Shown in pieces: positions 1 to 10,972 of a DNA stretch of 64,000 nucleotides; positions within the stretch are counted from its first letter, which is position 1, and each line of letters begins with the position of its first letter. Position numbers and translations under genes: made by a program. Source of the DNA: Calditrichia bacterium (GTDB lineage: Bacteria > Calditrichota > Calditrichia > JAJRVZ01); contig CAWCNS010000009.1 in NCBI GenBank assembly GCA_963796965.1, positions 708,254 through 772,253 of the forward strand, given 5' to 3'. The notes under the pieces are model-generated. The model saw only the letters and a program-made list of their open reading frames with translations, had not been told where the DNA came from and searched no databases.

Positions 1-2304
1 TTATTTCTCTCAGCATTTTTGATATACCTGGGTAATTTAATTTCAACTGTAGTACCTTTCATATAAGTACTTTGTATAGATATGTCCCCATTAAACTCTT
101 TAAGAATCTCTTGAACAATTGAGAGTCCCAAACCTGTTCCTTCGCCTAATTTTTTGGTCGTATAAAATGACTTAAAGATTTCGCCTATCAGTTCTGATTT
201 AATTCCTATTCCATTATCAATGATTTCAATCATGGTACTATTTTCTTTTTTATAAGTTCGGATGATGATTTGTTTTTCAATCGACTTCTGAATTTTTTTA
301 TCTTTAGTAACTATGGCATCTTTGGCATTTGAAACAACATTGATTAAAATCTGTTCCAGTTTATAAGGGTTACCTTTAATATTCCCGATATTCTTTTTCA
401 AATCAAGATTTAAGACAATTCCATGTTTCACAAATTGTTTTCCAATCATTGATAGTGCATCATCTATCACAAGATTGACATTGAACAACTTGTTCACATA
501 GATTTTTTGTTGGCTTGAAAATGTACGTACATGATCGATGATCTGCTTAATGCGCTCAATATCCAAATAGATTTCTTCAATACTATCAAGTAGAGATTTA
601 TCAATTAATCCGGATTCACGCATATATAATTCAACATATTCTGCACAAAGTTTCAGATCCTGCAATGGCTGGTTAATTTCGTGGGCCATACTTGCTGCCA
701 ATTCTCCCAGTGAGGAAAGACTTGCCTGATGAAAGATAATTTTTTGCTGTTCCTCCTGATCCTTCATTGCCTGTTCAATTCTTTTCTCCAACATAATATT
801 TGCTCTTTTTTTTACCTGAAATCTACTATATCCCCAAAAAGTTATAAGAGAAAACAAGGTAAGACTAAGGGCTGTTAACCAGCGTATCAGTTTACCCCTT
901 TCAAGTTCCAAGCCCTGAATATGGATTTTATCCAAAAGAATTTGTTTTTGTTTTTCTTGTTTACCTTTCTCATAGCGCATCTGCATCTCAGCAATATTAT
1001 GACTACTTTGAGTAGTAATACTATCCCTTAGTTGAGAAAATCGCATCAGGTATTCATACGCCTTTTGATAGTTATTGGTAGCAGCATAATAATCAGAAAA
1101 CGCCTTAAGATTATCTAGTACCTAGATCTTGAGCCTCAATATCTAAAGCAATGGAAAGACTATTCTTTAAATATGATACTGCCGTCGTATATTGTTGTGT
1201 GCCAATATAATACAGACCAAGATGGTTTAGAATTTGCGTGTTTCTCCATTTCTCCTCGATTGATTCAGAAATTGATAAAGTCTTGGTGGAATAATAGAGA
1301 GCCTTATTAAAATTATTTTGTTTATAATAAATAAATCCAATATTATCATAGGACATGCAAATTCCAATTTTCGATTTTGTCTTTAAATTTATAGCTAACC
1401 CTTCTGAAAAATATTTCAATGCACCAGAATAGTTTTTTTTTGATGATTTTACAATTCCTATATTATTCAAAATACTTGCCACTAAGGCATCATCACCACA
1501 GTCCTTAGCAATTGACAATGCTTTGAAATTATACTCCAGTGATTGTCTATAGTTTTTTAGTTCTTGATAAGTCATCCCTACCGCATGAGTTGACATTGCT
1601 AGTATTTTATTATTACTAATTTGTTCACAAAGATTTATGGCTTGAAGGTAGAACTCGATAGATTTATCATACATTGACAAACCACTGTAGTCGGCACCTA
1701 AAGAATAAAATGATCCCGCAATGGATTCTCTATCATTAAGTTTTTTATAAAGATCTAATGACTTGTAGTGATAATTTAAAGCTTCATTAAAATTACTTTG
1801 TGCGTAATGAATTGAACCCAAAGCGTCTTGAGCTAAAGCTTTCCAGTCTTCTTCATTATTTAGACTACTTATTTTTTCTAACTCTTTAAAGAATTTCAGG
1901 GATGACTTATATTTTGATAAGAGATACTGATTTTTACCTAATTCAAAAAGGATGGGCAGATGATTAAATCTCAATTCAAGATCAGATTTACCTTCTACTA
2001 CATCCATTAACAGGGTTTCAGCTTTATTGTAGTTGCCACTCAAGTTATATGTCTTTCCTATTAAATAAATAGAATAATTTAACGCTTTTTGATTATTGAG
2101 TTTCCTTGCTAATTTTGCAGCTTGATGGGACAATAATATCGCGGAATCAACAAAAGTGTCCATATATTCTTCAGCTAATTCGTGCAGGATATTAACTTTC
2201 TCAAGACCAGAAACTTTATCCAATTGAATTTTTAATGAATCAATTCTTGCACTGCTATAAACTAAAATAGGGGTAAATAATATTAGTGCTATTATTTTGT
2301 GCAT
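1..2304 (-). CDS. TPR-repeat membrane sensor histidine kinase (apparent +1 frameshift at ~1121; runs off the window edge)
   Basis: ORF 1111-2304 has a signal peptide and TPR repeats. Removing one G at ~1121 continues it as QDLVLDNLKAFSDYY..., then a TM helix, H-box LSSLGELAASMAHEINQP (~660-720) and G2 box FYTTKKLGEGTGLGLSIV (~115-170). Confidence 0.9.
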
Positions 2305-2717
2305 AATTTCTCCCGAAATTGAAAAGGAATTCCAAAAAAAACAAGAAATTCAAATTATTTATCCATTATTATAAATAACATGGCGCATAAATCATGCCAA
2401 ACAATAGTTTAAGAAACATATAAAATTTATCTTTAATATTTTTGGGAAATCCTCGACATTGCTTTTATAATCATCAAAAGAATGACTATAATCTCTTTAT
2501 GTAATTGTAGTAATTGACATCGTTATGATTCCTGTCCGTATTTATAAAGATATAACACAAGACCCCACAATGCAATCCCTATCAAATCCTCCTGTTCCTT
2601 TCTATATAAATTAAAAAAGTAAATTATTTTTGGACATCTCAACTGCTTACAATAAATTCAGACCTAAAGGATATAGAAGAATGAAATATATATCCAACCA
2701 AACGAAAGATAGAGAGT

Positions 2718-3194
2718 ATGAAAGACCGGATCAAAGTTCCCTCTGACTCTATTGTTGAGATGACAGAGTTAGTCTTACCAAACGATACGAATTTGTTGGG
2801 AAACCTACTCGGTGGCACCCTGATGCATTGGATGGATCTTGCTGCTGGAATGTCCGCTTCACGCTTTTCCAACCATGTGGTTGTCACCGCCGCTGTTGAT
2901 CATCTCATCTTTCACCAACCCATTAAATTAGGCGAACTCGTAAACCTTAAAGCAAAAGTAACATGGGCAGGGCGTACCTCAATGGAAATACTGGTAAAAG
3001 TATTTGCTGAAAACACAAAAACTGGTGACCTCAGACTTGCCAATGAGGCATTTTTTACATTTGTTGCCCTTGATGATAATGCAGCGCCCTGTGCAGTGCC
3101 ACGTTTAACACTCACAAATGATTCTGAAAAGCATTTATTTGAAGAAGCTGAGGATCGCCGAATGGAAAGGTTGAATAGAAAAAACCGGACATAA
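2718..3194 (+). CDS. Acyl-CoA thioesterase (HotDog, YciA-like)
   Basis: Motifs VLPNDTNLLGNLLGGTLMHWMD, VVTAAVD, GRTSMEI, FTFVALD. Confidence 0.92.
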   Translation: MKDRIKVPSDSIVEMTELVLPNDTNLLGNLLGGTLMHWMDLAAGMSASRFSNHVVVTAAVDHLIFHQPIKLGELVNLKAKVTWAGRTSMEILVKVFAENTKTGDLRLANEAFFTFVALDDNAAPCAVPRLTLTNDSEKHLFEEAEDRRMERLNRKNRT

Positions 3195-3308
3195 TAATTT
3201 CCTTAAGTTAGCCATTACTATTTTGATACCCGGGGCTAAAGATCTTATTGTATGTCTGAATAAAATATTGTATTTTTCAGTATACTTACTCTGAATATTA
3301 TAATCCAA

Positions 3309-4043
3309 ATGAAAAACAATTTGTCACTCTCTCTGTTTATTCCCTGTCTTGTAGATCAGGTTTATCCTGAAATTGGTATCGCAATGGCCAAGGTTCTAAA
3401 GCACCTCGGCTGCCAAATATCTTACAATAATCAACAAACATGTTGCGGCCAACCTGCTTTTAATGCCGGGCACAGGAATGAAGCTAAAAAAGTTGCCACC
3501 GCCTTTATCAATACATTTAACCCGGCAGAGGCAATTGTCGGCCCCTCCGGATCATGTACGGCAATGGTTAAAAACTATTATCCAACTCTTTTTCAGGATG
3601 ATGCGATGCAGGCACCGGCATCACAATTAGGGAAAAAAATATTTGAATTTTCTCAATTCATCGCTATTCATAATTTAACAAAAAGTATATCAGGTAGCTA
3701 CAAAGGACGGATAGGATTTCATAATTCTTGTCATAGTGCTCAGGAATTGGGGATTAAAAATGAACCCATTGATATTCTATCCCAAATTGATGATCTCGAA
3801 ATTATTGTACCAGATCAATTTTCTTGCTGTGGATTTGGCGGACTATTCTCCTTTAAATTTGATGAAATTGGCAGTACGATGGCCAAAACACGAATTGAAG
3901 CGTTTACAAAATCAGATGTTCGTATGGTCGTTACTAATGATCCAGGCTGCCTCATGCATATGCGTCAAGAAGCAAATTTTCTTAATTTGGACATAGAGTT
4001 CTGTCATTTAACTGAATTCCTTGTAAAAGCTATGAAATTATAA
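3309..4043 (+). CDS. lutA: Lactate utilization protein A (LutA/LldE, CCG Fe-S domains)
   Basis: FIPCLVD, TCCGQPAFNAG, SGSC, HNSCH, CCGFGG, DPGCLMH; first gene of a lutABC arrangement. Confidence 0.9.
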   Translation: MKNNLSLSLFIPCLVDQVYPEIGIAMAKVLKHLGCQISYNNQQTCCGQPAFNAGHRNEAKKVATAFINTFNPAEAIVGPSGSCTAMVKNYYPTLFQDDAMQAPASQLGKKIFEFSQFIAIHNLTKSISGSYKGRIGFHNSCHSAQELGIKNEPIDILSQIDDLEIIVPDQFSCCGFGGLFSFKFDEIGSTMAKTRIEAFTKSDVRMVVTNDPGCLMHMRQEANFLNLDIEFCHLTEFLVKAMKL

Positions 4044-4092
4044 TATTATTTAGTTGATTAATTTTTAAACACCAGGTTGACTAGTCAAATCT

Positions 4093-5475
4093 ATGAGTGA
4101 ATATCAAGAGTTCCTAGATCAGGGAAAAAACAAAGCCCGGGATGAAGTCCATCGTCTGAAGATACTGAAGGCCGTATCAACCTATGAAGTTCAGGTTGAT
4201 ATTATGAAAAACGGGCAATTTCAAAATTGGGAACATGCCCGCCAGAATGCCGGACAAATAAAAGATGTGGTCTTGGAAAATTGGCCTGCTCTTTTAGAGG
4301 AATTTGAAAGCAAAATAACAAAACGTGGCGCCAAGGTCTGGTGGGCAAAAAACAAACAAGAAGCACAAGACTATTTTTTAGATATTGCCCAAAATCATAA
4401 GGCAAAAACAATAGTTAAATCAAAATCTATGACTACAGAAGAAATTGAGTTTAACGAGTTCTGTCAAGAAAATGATATTGATGTTCTTGAAAGTGACCTC
4501 GGCGAACTCATTGTTCAATTAGGAAATGAAAAACCCTATCATATTGTTACCCCAGCGATGCATAAAACGAAAGCAGAAGTTGGTAAATTATTTAGGGAAA
4601 AGCTCGGTGCTCCAGAGACAGAAGATGCGCAGGAACTTACTATGATTGCCCGGGAGCATCTCCGTAATGCTTATATTAGCCGTGATATTGGTGTTACCGG
4701 AGCAAATTTTATAGTCGCTGACGAAGGTGCGATATTGATGACCGAGAATGAAGGTAATGGTCGATTAACCATGTCTTGTCCTCCCGTCCATGTTGTTTTT
4801 GTTGGCATTGAAAAAATTATCCCGAAATTAAGTGATCTCTCCCTCTTTTTGCCTCTTCTTGCAACCAGCGGCACCGGTCAACAGATAACCGGCTACAATT
4901 CAATTATCCGCGGACCCAGACAAGAAGGAGAAATTGACGGCCCTAAAGAAATGCATGTAATTCTGATAGACAATGGCAGATCGGAACTATTTGCAAAAGA
5001 AACGTATCAATCAATACTTAAATGTATTCGTTGCGGCGCCTGTTTAAATGCTTGCCCCGTATACAGAACCATCGGCGGTCATTCATACCTGACCACCTAT
5101 CAGGGACCCATTGGTTCAGTTATAACACCACAATTTCGCGGGCTTAAAGAATTTGGGCATCTGGCTTTCGCCTCTAGCCTTTGCGGCGCCTGTACATCAG
5201 TATGCCCGGTTAATATTGATATTCACACCTTACTTCTCGAAACACGCTGGGAAATGTATCAAAAGAATTATACCGGAACCTTTTGGAATGTCTCTCTCAA
5301 AGTATGGGCCCGGATAATGGGCAGTCGCGCCCGACTTAATTTAGTATCCAAATTATTAAATTTTTCATATAAACTTTTTCTACTTTTCATACCTGCAGGT
5401 AAACGAAAGCGTATACCCAACCTACCTAAGAAGTCATTTTCATATTTATGGGAACAATATGAACAGCAGAAATGA
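4093..5475 (+). CDS. lutB: Lactate utilization protein B (LutB/LldF, Fe-S)
   Basis: KSKSMTTEE, ESDLGE, ENEGNGRL, CIRCGACLNACP, SSLCGACTSVCP. Confidence 0.93.
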   Translation: MSEYQEFLDQGKNKARDEVHRLKILKAVSTYEVQVDIMKNGQFQNWEHARQNAGQIKDVVLENWPALLEEFESKITKRGAKVWWAKNKQEAQDYFLDIAQNHKAKTIVKSKSMTTEEIEFNEFCQENDIDVLESDLGELIVQLGNEKPYHIVTPAMHKTKAEVGKLFREKLGAPETEDAQELTMIAREHLRNAYISRDIGVTGANFIVADEGAILMTENEGNGRLTMSCPPVHVVFVGIEKIIPKLSDLSLFLPLLATSGTGQQITGYNSIIRGPRQEGEIDGPKEMHVILIDNGRSELFAKETYQSILKCIRCGACLNACPVYRTIGGHSYLTTYQGPIGSVITPQFRGLKEFGHLAFASSLCGACTSVCPVNIDIHTLLLETRWEMYQKNYTGTFWNVSLKVWARIMGSRARLNLVSKLLNFSYKLFLLFIPAGKRKRIPNLPKKSFSYLWEQYEQQK

Positions 5476-6121
5476 AATATTAAAACGTTTAGGAAAGATT
5501 AAGTATCGCCACGAAAGCTCTCAATCGGCTGAATGGCAGGATAATACTCTATATTCAAATTATCCTCACCAAGCTGAAGATCTATTTCCAGTATTTAAAA
5601 AACAATTAGAGGATCTTTCAGGGGAGGTGTATTTTGTTAATGATCTGGACCACTTTAAAAGTCTATTTCTTGAAAACGTCAAAGATGTAAACGCCAGTCT
5701 TTGCAAAGCACATAAATCACCCTTAATCGATAAAATAAAAAGTATTGATCCCGAAGTATCGAATTATTTTGACTATATTGACGATAAAGATATCGACAAT
5801 ATTCAATACTCTAAGTATGATATCGGTATATCCTGTGCAGATGCTTTGATCGCCCGTACCGGAAGTATTTTATTAAGAACACTTTCTGCGGGCGGACGAC
5901 GACTTTCAGTTCTACCCCCGACCCATATTGTTATTGCGGAAACAAAACAACTTGTACCTTCACTTGATCAAGCCCTGATAGAATTACAGAAAACTCAAGA
6001 TAATTACAGTTACGCAACCATCATATCCGGACCTTCGCGAACAGCTGATATTGAAAAGCAGTTGGTCTTAGGGGCTCATGGTCCAAAAAGATTGATTGTT
6101 TTTGTAATCAAATCATCCTAA
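5459..6121 (+). CDS. lutC: Lactate utilization protein C (LutC/LldG, LUD domain)
   Basis: ISGPSRTADIEKQLVLGAHGP signature; overlaps the end of lutB. Confidence 0.9.
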   Translation: MNSRNEILKRLGKIKYRHESSQSAEWQDNTLYSNYPHQAEDLFPVFKKQLEDLSGEVYFVNDLDHFKSLFLENVKDVNASLCKAHKSPLIDKIKSIDPEVSNYFDYIDDKDIDNIQYSKYDIGISCADALIARTGSILLRTLSAGGRRLSVLPPTHIVIAETKQLVPSLDQALIELQKTQDNYSYATIISGPSRTADIEKQLVLGAHGPKRLIVFVIKSS

Positions 6122-6288
6122 ACTATTTTTTTTACTTGTAATCAGCCACTATACTTAACCTTCCTATTAAATTCTTATCGCCCTAATATTTATAATATAA
6201 AATCTATAAAAACGTAATAATTCTTACCTATTTTTTTAATTAACTTTTGTATAATTAACGCATTAATTTTTAGGGAGGGATTCGAATA

Positions 6289-7050
6289 TTGTATAATGAT
6301 ACTATTCCTGTAATAGACACTGATCAAATGAAAGAAGTTGATAGATTAATGACCGATTGCTATGGTATTTCATTACAGCAAATGATGGAGAATGCCGGAC
6401 GGAATCTGGCGATGCTTACAAAGAAAATCTTGGACGATGACATTTCTAGAAAAAAGATCTGTATTGCTGTTGGAAATGGAAATAATGGTGGGGGAGGATT
6501 GGTTGCAGCCAGACATCTAAGCAACTGGGGAGCGGAGATAACCATCTTAGTCGCAAAACCTGAAGCAAGGTTTAAATCAATCCCGGCAAGACAACTTGAA
6601 ACCGTGAGACATTTACCTATATCAGTTGTTTTTGCAGATAGCCATTTCGATTATATAAACTGGAATGAATGCGATCTTATAATTGATGCTATTCTTGGCT
6701 ATGGACTTAACCGGGTACCCGATCAAAATGTATCTAAAATCATCCAGGCAATTAATACTATGCGATGTCCGATTATATCTTTGGATACACCATCCGGGCT
6801 GCACACAACAAATGGAGTATCGTTTGAGAATGTGGTTCGTGCAGACGTAACTTTAACTCTAGCTTTACCGAAAGTTGGGCTCATTAACACCGAGGCGAAA
6901 GAATATGTGGGTGATCTATATCTAGGTGATATATCTGTCCCACCTCTTCTCTATTCACAATTGGGAATAAAAGTAAAGCCTTTTTTTGGGAAAAACCCGG
7001 TTATCCATTACGCGGAACGAGACAACCGGGTTATAAAAATGGCCGAGTAA
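6289..7050 (+). CDS. nnrE: NAD(P)H-hydrate epimerase (stand-alone YjeF N-terminal domain)
   Basis: MMENAG, GNGNNGGGG, IIDAILGYG, SLDTPSG; TTG start preceded by an AGGGAGG RBS. Confidence 0.9.
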   Translation: MYNDTIPVIDTDQMKEVDRLMTDCYGISLQQMMENAGRNLAMLTKKILDDDISRKKICIAVGNGNNGGGGLVAARHLSNWGAEITILVAKPEARFKSIPARQLETVRHLPISVVFADSHFDYINWNECDLIIDAILGYGLNRVPDQNVSKIIQAINTMRCPIISLDTPSGLHTTNGVSFENVVRADVTLTLALPKVGLINTEAKEYVGDLYLGDISVPPLLYSQLGIKVKPFFGKNPVIHYAERDNRVIKMAE

Positions 7051-7054
7051 AATC

Positions 7055-8422
7055 CTACATCGTGAGTTTTAAGGGATCAAGAATTTCATCTAATTTTTCT
7101 TCCGTTAATTCAGTCAATTCCAATGCTACGTCTTTAAGTGTCCTTCCCTCTGCATAAGCTGTCTTGGCGATTTTTGCACCAAGATCATATCCAATAATGG
7201 GATTTAGGGCGGTAACCAGAATTGGGTTTTTATCAACCAGATTAAGTATTTTCTCTTCGTTTAAGGTGAATCCCTCAATAGCTTTGTCCGCTAAAACCCT
7301 TGCTCCATTACCCAAGGAATCAATCGATTGAAGAAGATTATGAGCAATTACAGGCAACATCACATTTAGCTGGAAAACCCCCGCCTGACCTCCAATTGTA
7401 ATCGTTACATCATTTCCCATTACCTGCGCACAAACCATTGTTAAAGCCTCAGGTATTACAGGATTTATTTTACCCGGCATAATTGAGGATCCAGGTTGTA
7501 AGGCAGGTAACGAAATTTCACCAATTCCAGCTATCGGACCACTATTCATCCATCTTAAGTCATTACTTATTTTCATTATACTGGTTGCCACTGTTTTTAA
7601 CTGCCCACTTAACTCAACAATTGCATCCTGTGTGGCCAAAGACTCGAAAAAGTTTGATGCTTTTTTAAAAGGGAACCCAGTTTCTTCTGATAATTTGTTT
7701 GCAAATCGATCAGCAAATTCAGGATGTGCATTAATTCCGGTTCCCACAGCCGTTCCACCCTGTGCCAACTCGGCAACACGTGGAAGACAGGCTTTTACCC
7801 TTTCAATACCATGACTGATTTGACTGGCCCATCCGGACATTTCCTGACTGACCCTCACCGGCATGGCATCCATTAAATGGGTTCGTCCGGTTTTTACAAT
7901 TTTCTGGTATTTTGATGCCTTTTTTTCTATTACTCTCAACAAATGTTCTAATCCCGGTAACAATACTTCCTCCGTCTCAACATATGCAGAAACATGTATT
8001 GATGTTGGTATCACATCATTGGATGATTGACCCATATTTACGTGATCATTAGGATGAATTTTTTCTCCTGCAATGGTTGTGGCTAGATTTGCAATAACTT
8101 CATTTGCATTCATATTACTACTTGTTCCAGATCCTGTCTGAAAAATATCAATCGGGAAATGCCTGTCATACTTACCTTCAATAACCTCTGTTGCCGCCTG
8201 CTGGATCGCATTGGATTTTTTATCATCTAATAAGCCTAAATCTTTATTTACATCTGCTGCAATTTTTTTAATTAAGCCCAGAGCTTTTATCATTGTTCGT
8301 GGGATCGGAATTCCACTGATTGGGAAATTGTCAACCGCCCGCTGGGTCTGTGCTGCATATAAAGCCTCTTTGGGGACTTTTACCTCACCAAGAGAGTCCT
8401 TTTCAATTCTGAATTCAGACAT
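7055..8422 (-). CDS. fumC: Class II fumarate hydratase
   Basis: QTGSGTSSNMNANEV, KTGRTHLMDA, GSSIMPGKINP. Confidence 0.95.
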   Translation of the reverse strand: MSEFRIEKDSLGEVKVPKEALYAAQTQRAVDNFPISGIPIPRTMIKALGLIKKIAADVNKDLGLLDDKKSNAIQQAATEVIEGKYDRHFPIDIFQTGSGTSSNMNANEVIANLATTIAGEKIHPNDHVNMGQSSNDVIPTSIHVSAYVETEEVLLPGLEHLLRVIEKKASKYQKIVKTGRTHLMDAMPVRVSQEMSGWASQISHGIERVKACLPRVAELAQGGTAVGTGINAHPEFADRFANKLSEETGFPFKKASNFFESLATQDAIVELSGQLKTVATSIMKISNDLRWMNSGPIAGIGEISLPALQPGSSIMPGKINPVIPEALTMVCAQVMGNDVTITIGGQAGVFQLNVMLPVIAHNLLQSIDSLGNGARVLADKAIEGFTLNEEKILNLVDKNPILVTALNPIIGYDLGAKIAKTAYAEGRTLKDVALELTELTEEKLDEILDPLKLTM

Positions 8423-8604
8423 ATTGGCCTCCTTTAGTTCAAAATATTTTTTCCAAGGCGTATTTCACGCCAGATATAGATAGTTCAAATCTACTTAAAT
8501 TTTTAAATATCGCAAAAAGATATGAACTTAAGATACTACTTTGTGAAATATTTGACAATAAAATTGTGGAAAATATATTTCTTAGGCAGGTATTATTTAA
8601 AATA

Positions 8605-9318
8605 TCAAAAGGTACCAGAGAGGTTTTCAAGATCAAGCTCTTTAATCTGAACCTGATCCCCCTGTTTGAAACAGGTGAGGATGGCATGGGCCACATCGAC
8701 ATCTTTGAGCATTTTCTTTCGGTCCCATTCATAAGGAAGGCTATCTTGCATTGGGGTATCCACTGAGGCTGGATAGACTGAGGTTACCTTGATATTGGTA
8801 CCGACAAGTTCCTGCCTAAGGGAATCAGCTAATGCTTTTAATCCCCATTTTGAAGCACAATAGGCAGACCATTCCGGAAAAGTTTGTCGACCGGCGATAG
8901 AATTGAGAAAAAAGATATGGGCGTTTTTTGCAAGAAAGGGAATTAAATTATGTGTTAGAATAAATGGTACATTCAAGTTGGTTTCAATTGTCTCACGCCA
9001 ATCAACCGTTTTCATATCTTTTACTTTTCCCACTTTTGCAATGCCTGCATTATGCACCAAAACTCTTATTTTACTACCCGTTGATTTAATTTGGGCAGTT
9101 ATCTGCTCGATCTGAATATCATTCATTAAGTCAATCGATTGAAAAAAACAATTTCCCTTCTCCCGGGTAATCTCATTCTGAAGACTATCAAGATCTTCAA
9201 GATTCCTTCCAATAGCATGAACAGTCAGACCGGCTGCAGCAAAGACTTTCGCTGTACTGCGACCAATTCCCTTGCTTGCTCCTGTAATTAATGCAAGATC
9301 ATAAGGCACTTCGCTCAC
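8605..9318 (-). CDS. SDR oxidoreductase, probable sepiapterin reductase
   Basis: [11 protein letters not shown] and YCASK motifs; overlaps folE and follows two PTPS genes. The specific function is inferred from context. Confidence 0.8.
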   Translation of the reverse strand: MSEVPYDLALITGASKGIGRSTAKVFAAAGLTVHAIGRNLEDLDSLQNEITREKGNCFFQSIDLMNDIQIEQITAQIKSTGSKIRVLVHNAGIAKVGKVKDMKTVDWRETIETNLNVPFILTHNLIPFLAKNAHIFFLNSIAGRQTFPEWSAYCASKWGLKALADSLRQELVGTNIKVTSVYPASVDTPMQDSLPYEWDRKKMLKDVDVAHAILTCFKQGDQVQIKELDLENLSGTF

Positions 9319-9865
9319 TCCGTATTAACTCCAGGAATTCTGTTCGTGTTTTTGGATCTTCTTTAAAAGATCCTACAAGTGTTGATGTAATCATTTTAGC
9401 TTTTTCTTTTTCTACTCCCCGCATTGACATACACATATGGTGGCCCTCGATGACCACACCAACCCCATGAGGATTAAGCTGCTCCTGTAAAACATTTGCA
9501 ATTTGAGCTGTCATACGTTCTTGAACCTGAAGTCGCCGGGCATACATATCAACAATCCGTGGAATTTTACTCAATCCCACAACTTTTCCTTTAGGTATAT
9601 ATCCCACATGAGCTACACCAAAAAACGGTAGCATATGATGTTCGCATAAACTATAATAGTTTATATTTGTTACAACCACCATTTCATCATAATCGACATC
9701 AAACATGGCACCATTGATTATTTGTGCTGCCGTTTGGTTGTAGCCTCGTGTCAGCTCCCTATACATCTTTTCTATCCTTTTGGGTGTATCTATCAGACCC
9801 TGGCGTTCAGGATTTTCACCAATTTCTTGTAAAATTTTATGAATTGCTGATTCAAAATCTTTCAT
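9299..9865 (-). CDS. folE: GTP cyclohydrolase I
   Basis: [35 protein letters not shown]. Confidence 0.97.
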   Translation of the reverse strand: MKDFESAIHKILQEIGENPERQGLIDTPKRIEKMYRELTRGYNQTAAQIINGAMFDVDYDEMVVVTNINYYSLCEHHMLPFFGVAHVGYIPKGKVVGLSKIPRIVDMYARRLQVQERMTAQIANVLQEQLNPHGVGVVIEGHHMCMSMRGVEKEKAKMITSTLVGSFKEDPKTRTEFLELIRSERSAL

Positions 9866-9907
9866 AATATATCCTAATCTTGCATATAATTTTTTTCTGA
9901 AGAGTCA

Positions 9908-10328
9908 CTAGTGCTTAATTTTTCCCGTTTCGAAGTAATTGTTATTGGTTTCCCATAATTTCAGATGAAAAAGTTTGTCATCGGAAAATTCGGTTTTCAA
10001 TTTTTGCCACAAAAACTGAATAATGATTTCCCCACTGGACAATCTATTTTCAAAATAGTCAATTTCCCGGTTTAAATGTTTATAATTCAAAACATCTAAA
10101 ACCTTATGAACACACTCATCAAATTCCTTTAATGAAAGGATCATCCCGGTTTCCTCATCCGGACGACCCTTGATACTCACTTCCAAGCGATAATCATGGC
10201 CATGACCATTGATATTATTACACTTGTCATAAATATCTGTATTTTGTGAAGAAGTGAGCGATGCCGAGTTTAAACGATGAGTCTGCTGTAAACCAATAAA
10301 CCCTACTCAGAATAACCTTTGGGTTCAT
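9908..10328 (-). CDS. 6-pyruvoyl-tetrahydropterin synthase family protein, copy 2 (apparent +1 frameshift at ~10282)
   Basis: ATG at 10328 overlaps the upstream stop (ATGA). Removing one base gives MNPKVILSRVYWFTA-THRLNS...DKCNNINGHGHDYRLEV, which joins ORF 9908-10186; Cx5HGH motif. Confidence 0.85.
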
Positions 10329-10756
10329 AATTCCTCCCTGTAAACATCTACATAAAGATCAGATCGTTCGTAGAGTCGAATTTTATACAATTCAAACATC
10401 CCTTTATCTTTTAGTTCCTTGTTTATAAGGTCAAATAGGATTAAAGCAATGTTTTCGGTTGAAGGAATACGTTTCTTGAAATAGGGTGTATCTAAATTTA
10501 AATATTTGTGATCAAATTTTTCTACAACAACGTTTACATGTCTCTTAAGGTCACTGAGGTTGATTATCATCCCTGTAATAGGATCTACCTGACCCTCAAT
10601 TGTCACATGAAACTCATAATTATGCCCATGCCCATGTGGACTGGTACATAGTCCAAAAATTTGTTCATTTTTTTCTTTTGACCATTCTTCTCGCCAATAT
10701 CGATGGCTCGCTGAAAATTCAAACTTTTTCGATATGAGTGTTTTTTGCACAGACAT
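10325..10756 (-). CDS. 6-pyruvoyl-tetrahydropterin synthase (PTPS-II type, Cx5HGH), copy 1
   Basis: FSASHRY...GLCTSPHGHGHNY, DHKYLN, STENIA, LYE. Confidence 0.9.
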   Translation of the reverse strand: MSVQKTLISKKFEFSASHRYWREEWSKEKNEQIFGLCTSPHGHGHNYEFHVTIEGQVDPITGMIINLSDLKRHVNVVVEKFDHKYLNLDTPYFKKRIPSTENIALILFDLINKELKDKGMFELYKIRLYERSDLYVDVYREEL

Positions 10757-10972
10757 AGATTAATGCTCGCTTTCTTTCAATATATATAATAATATACAAA
10801 GGGGATGATTTATTCCAAATTTAATACTAACCAAAAAAAAAATAGTGTAATTTCTACGCCCGGGTTGATTATAATTTGTAGATAAATTGCAAGCAGAACT
10901 TGTATTTCGATGTGGATGGAAAAATAGTTGTTCAAGAATGAGAGGATAAGGGCAAATTAATGATATATCAGA

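Noticed and set aside
9908..10756. queD/queuosine or 7-deazaguanine DNA-modification cluster
   Set aside because: Both proteins have Cx5HGH rather than Cx3HGH, and queC/queE/queF/dpd genes are absent; the partner is an SDR.
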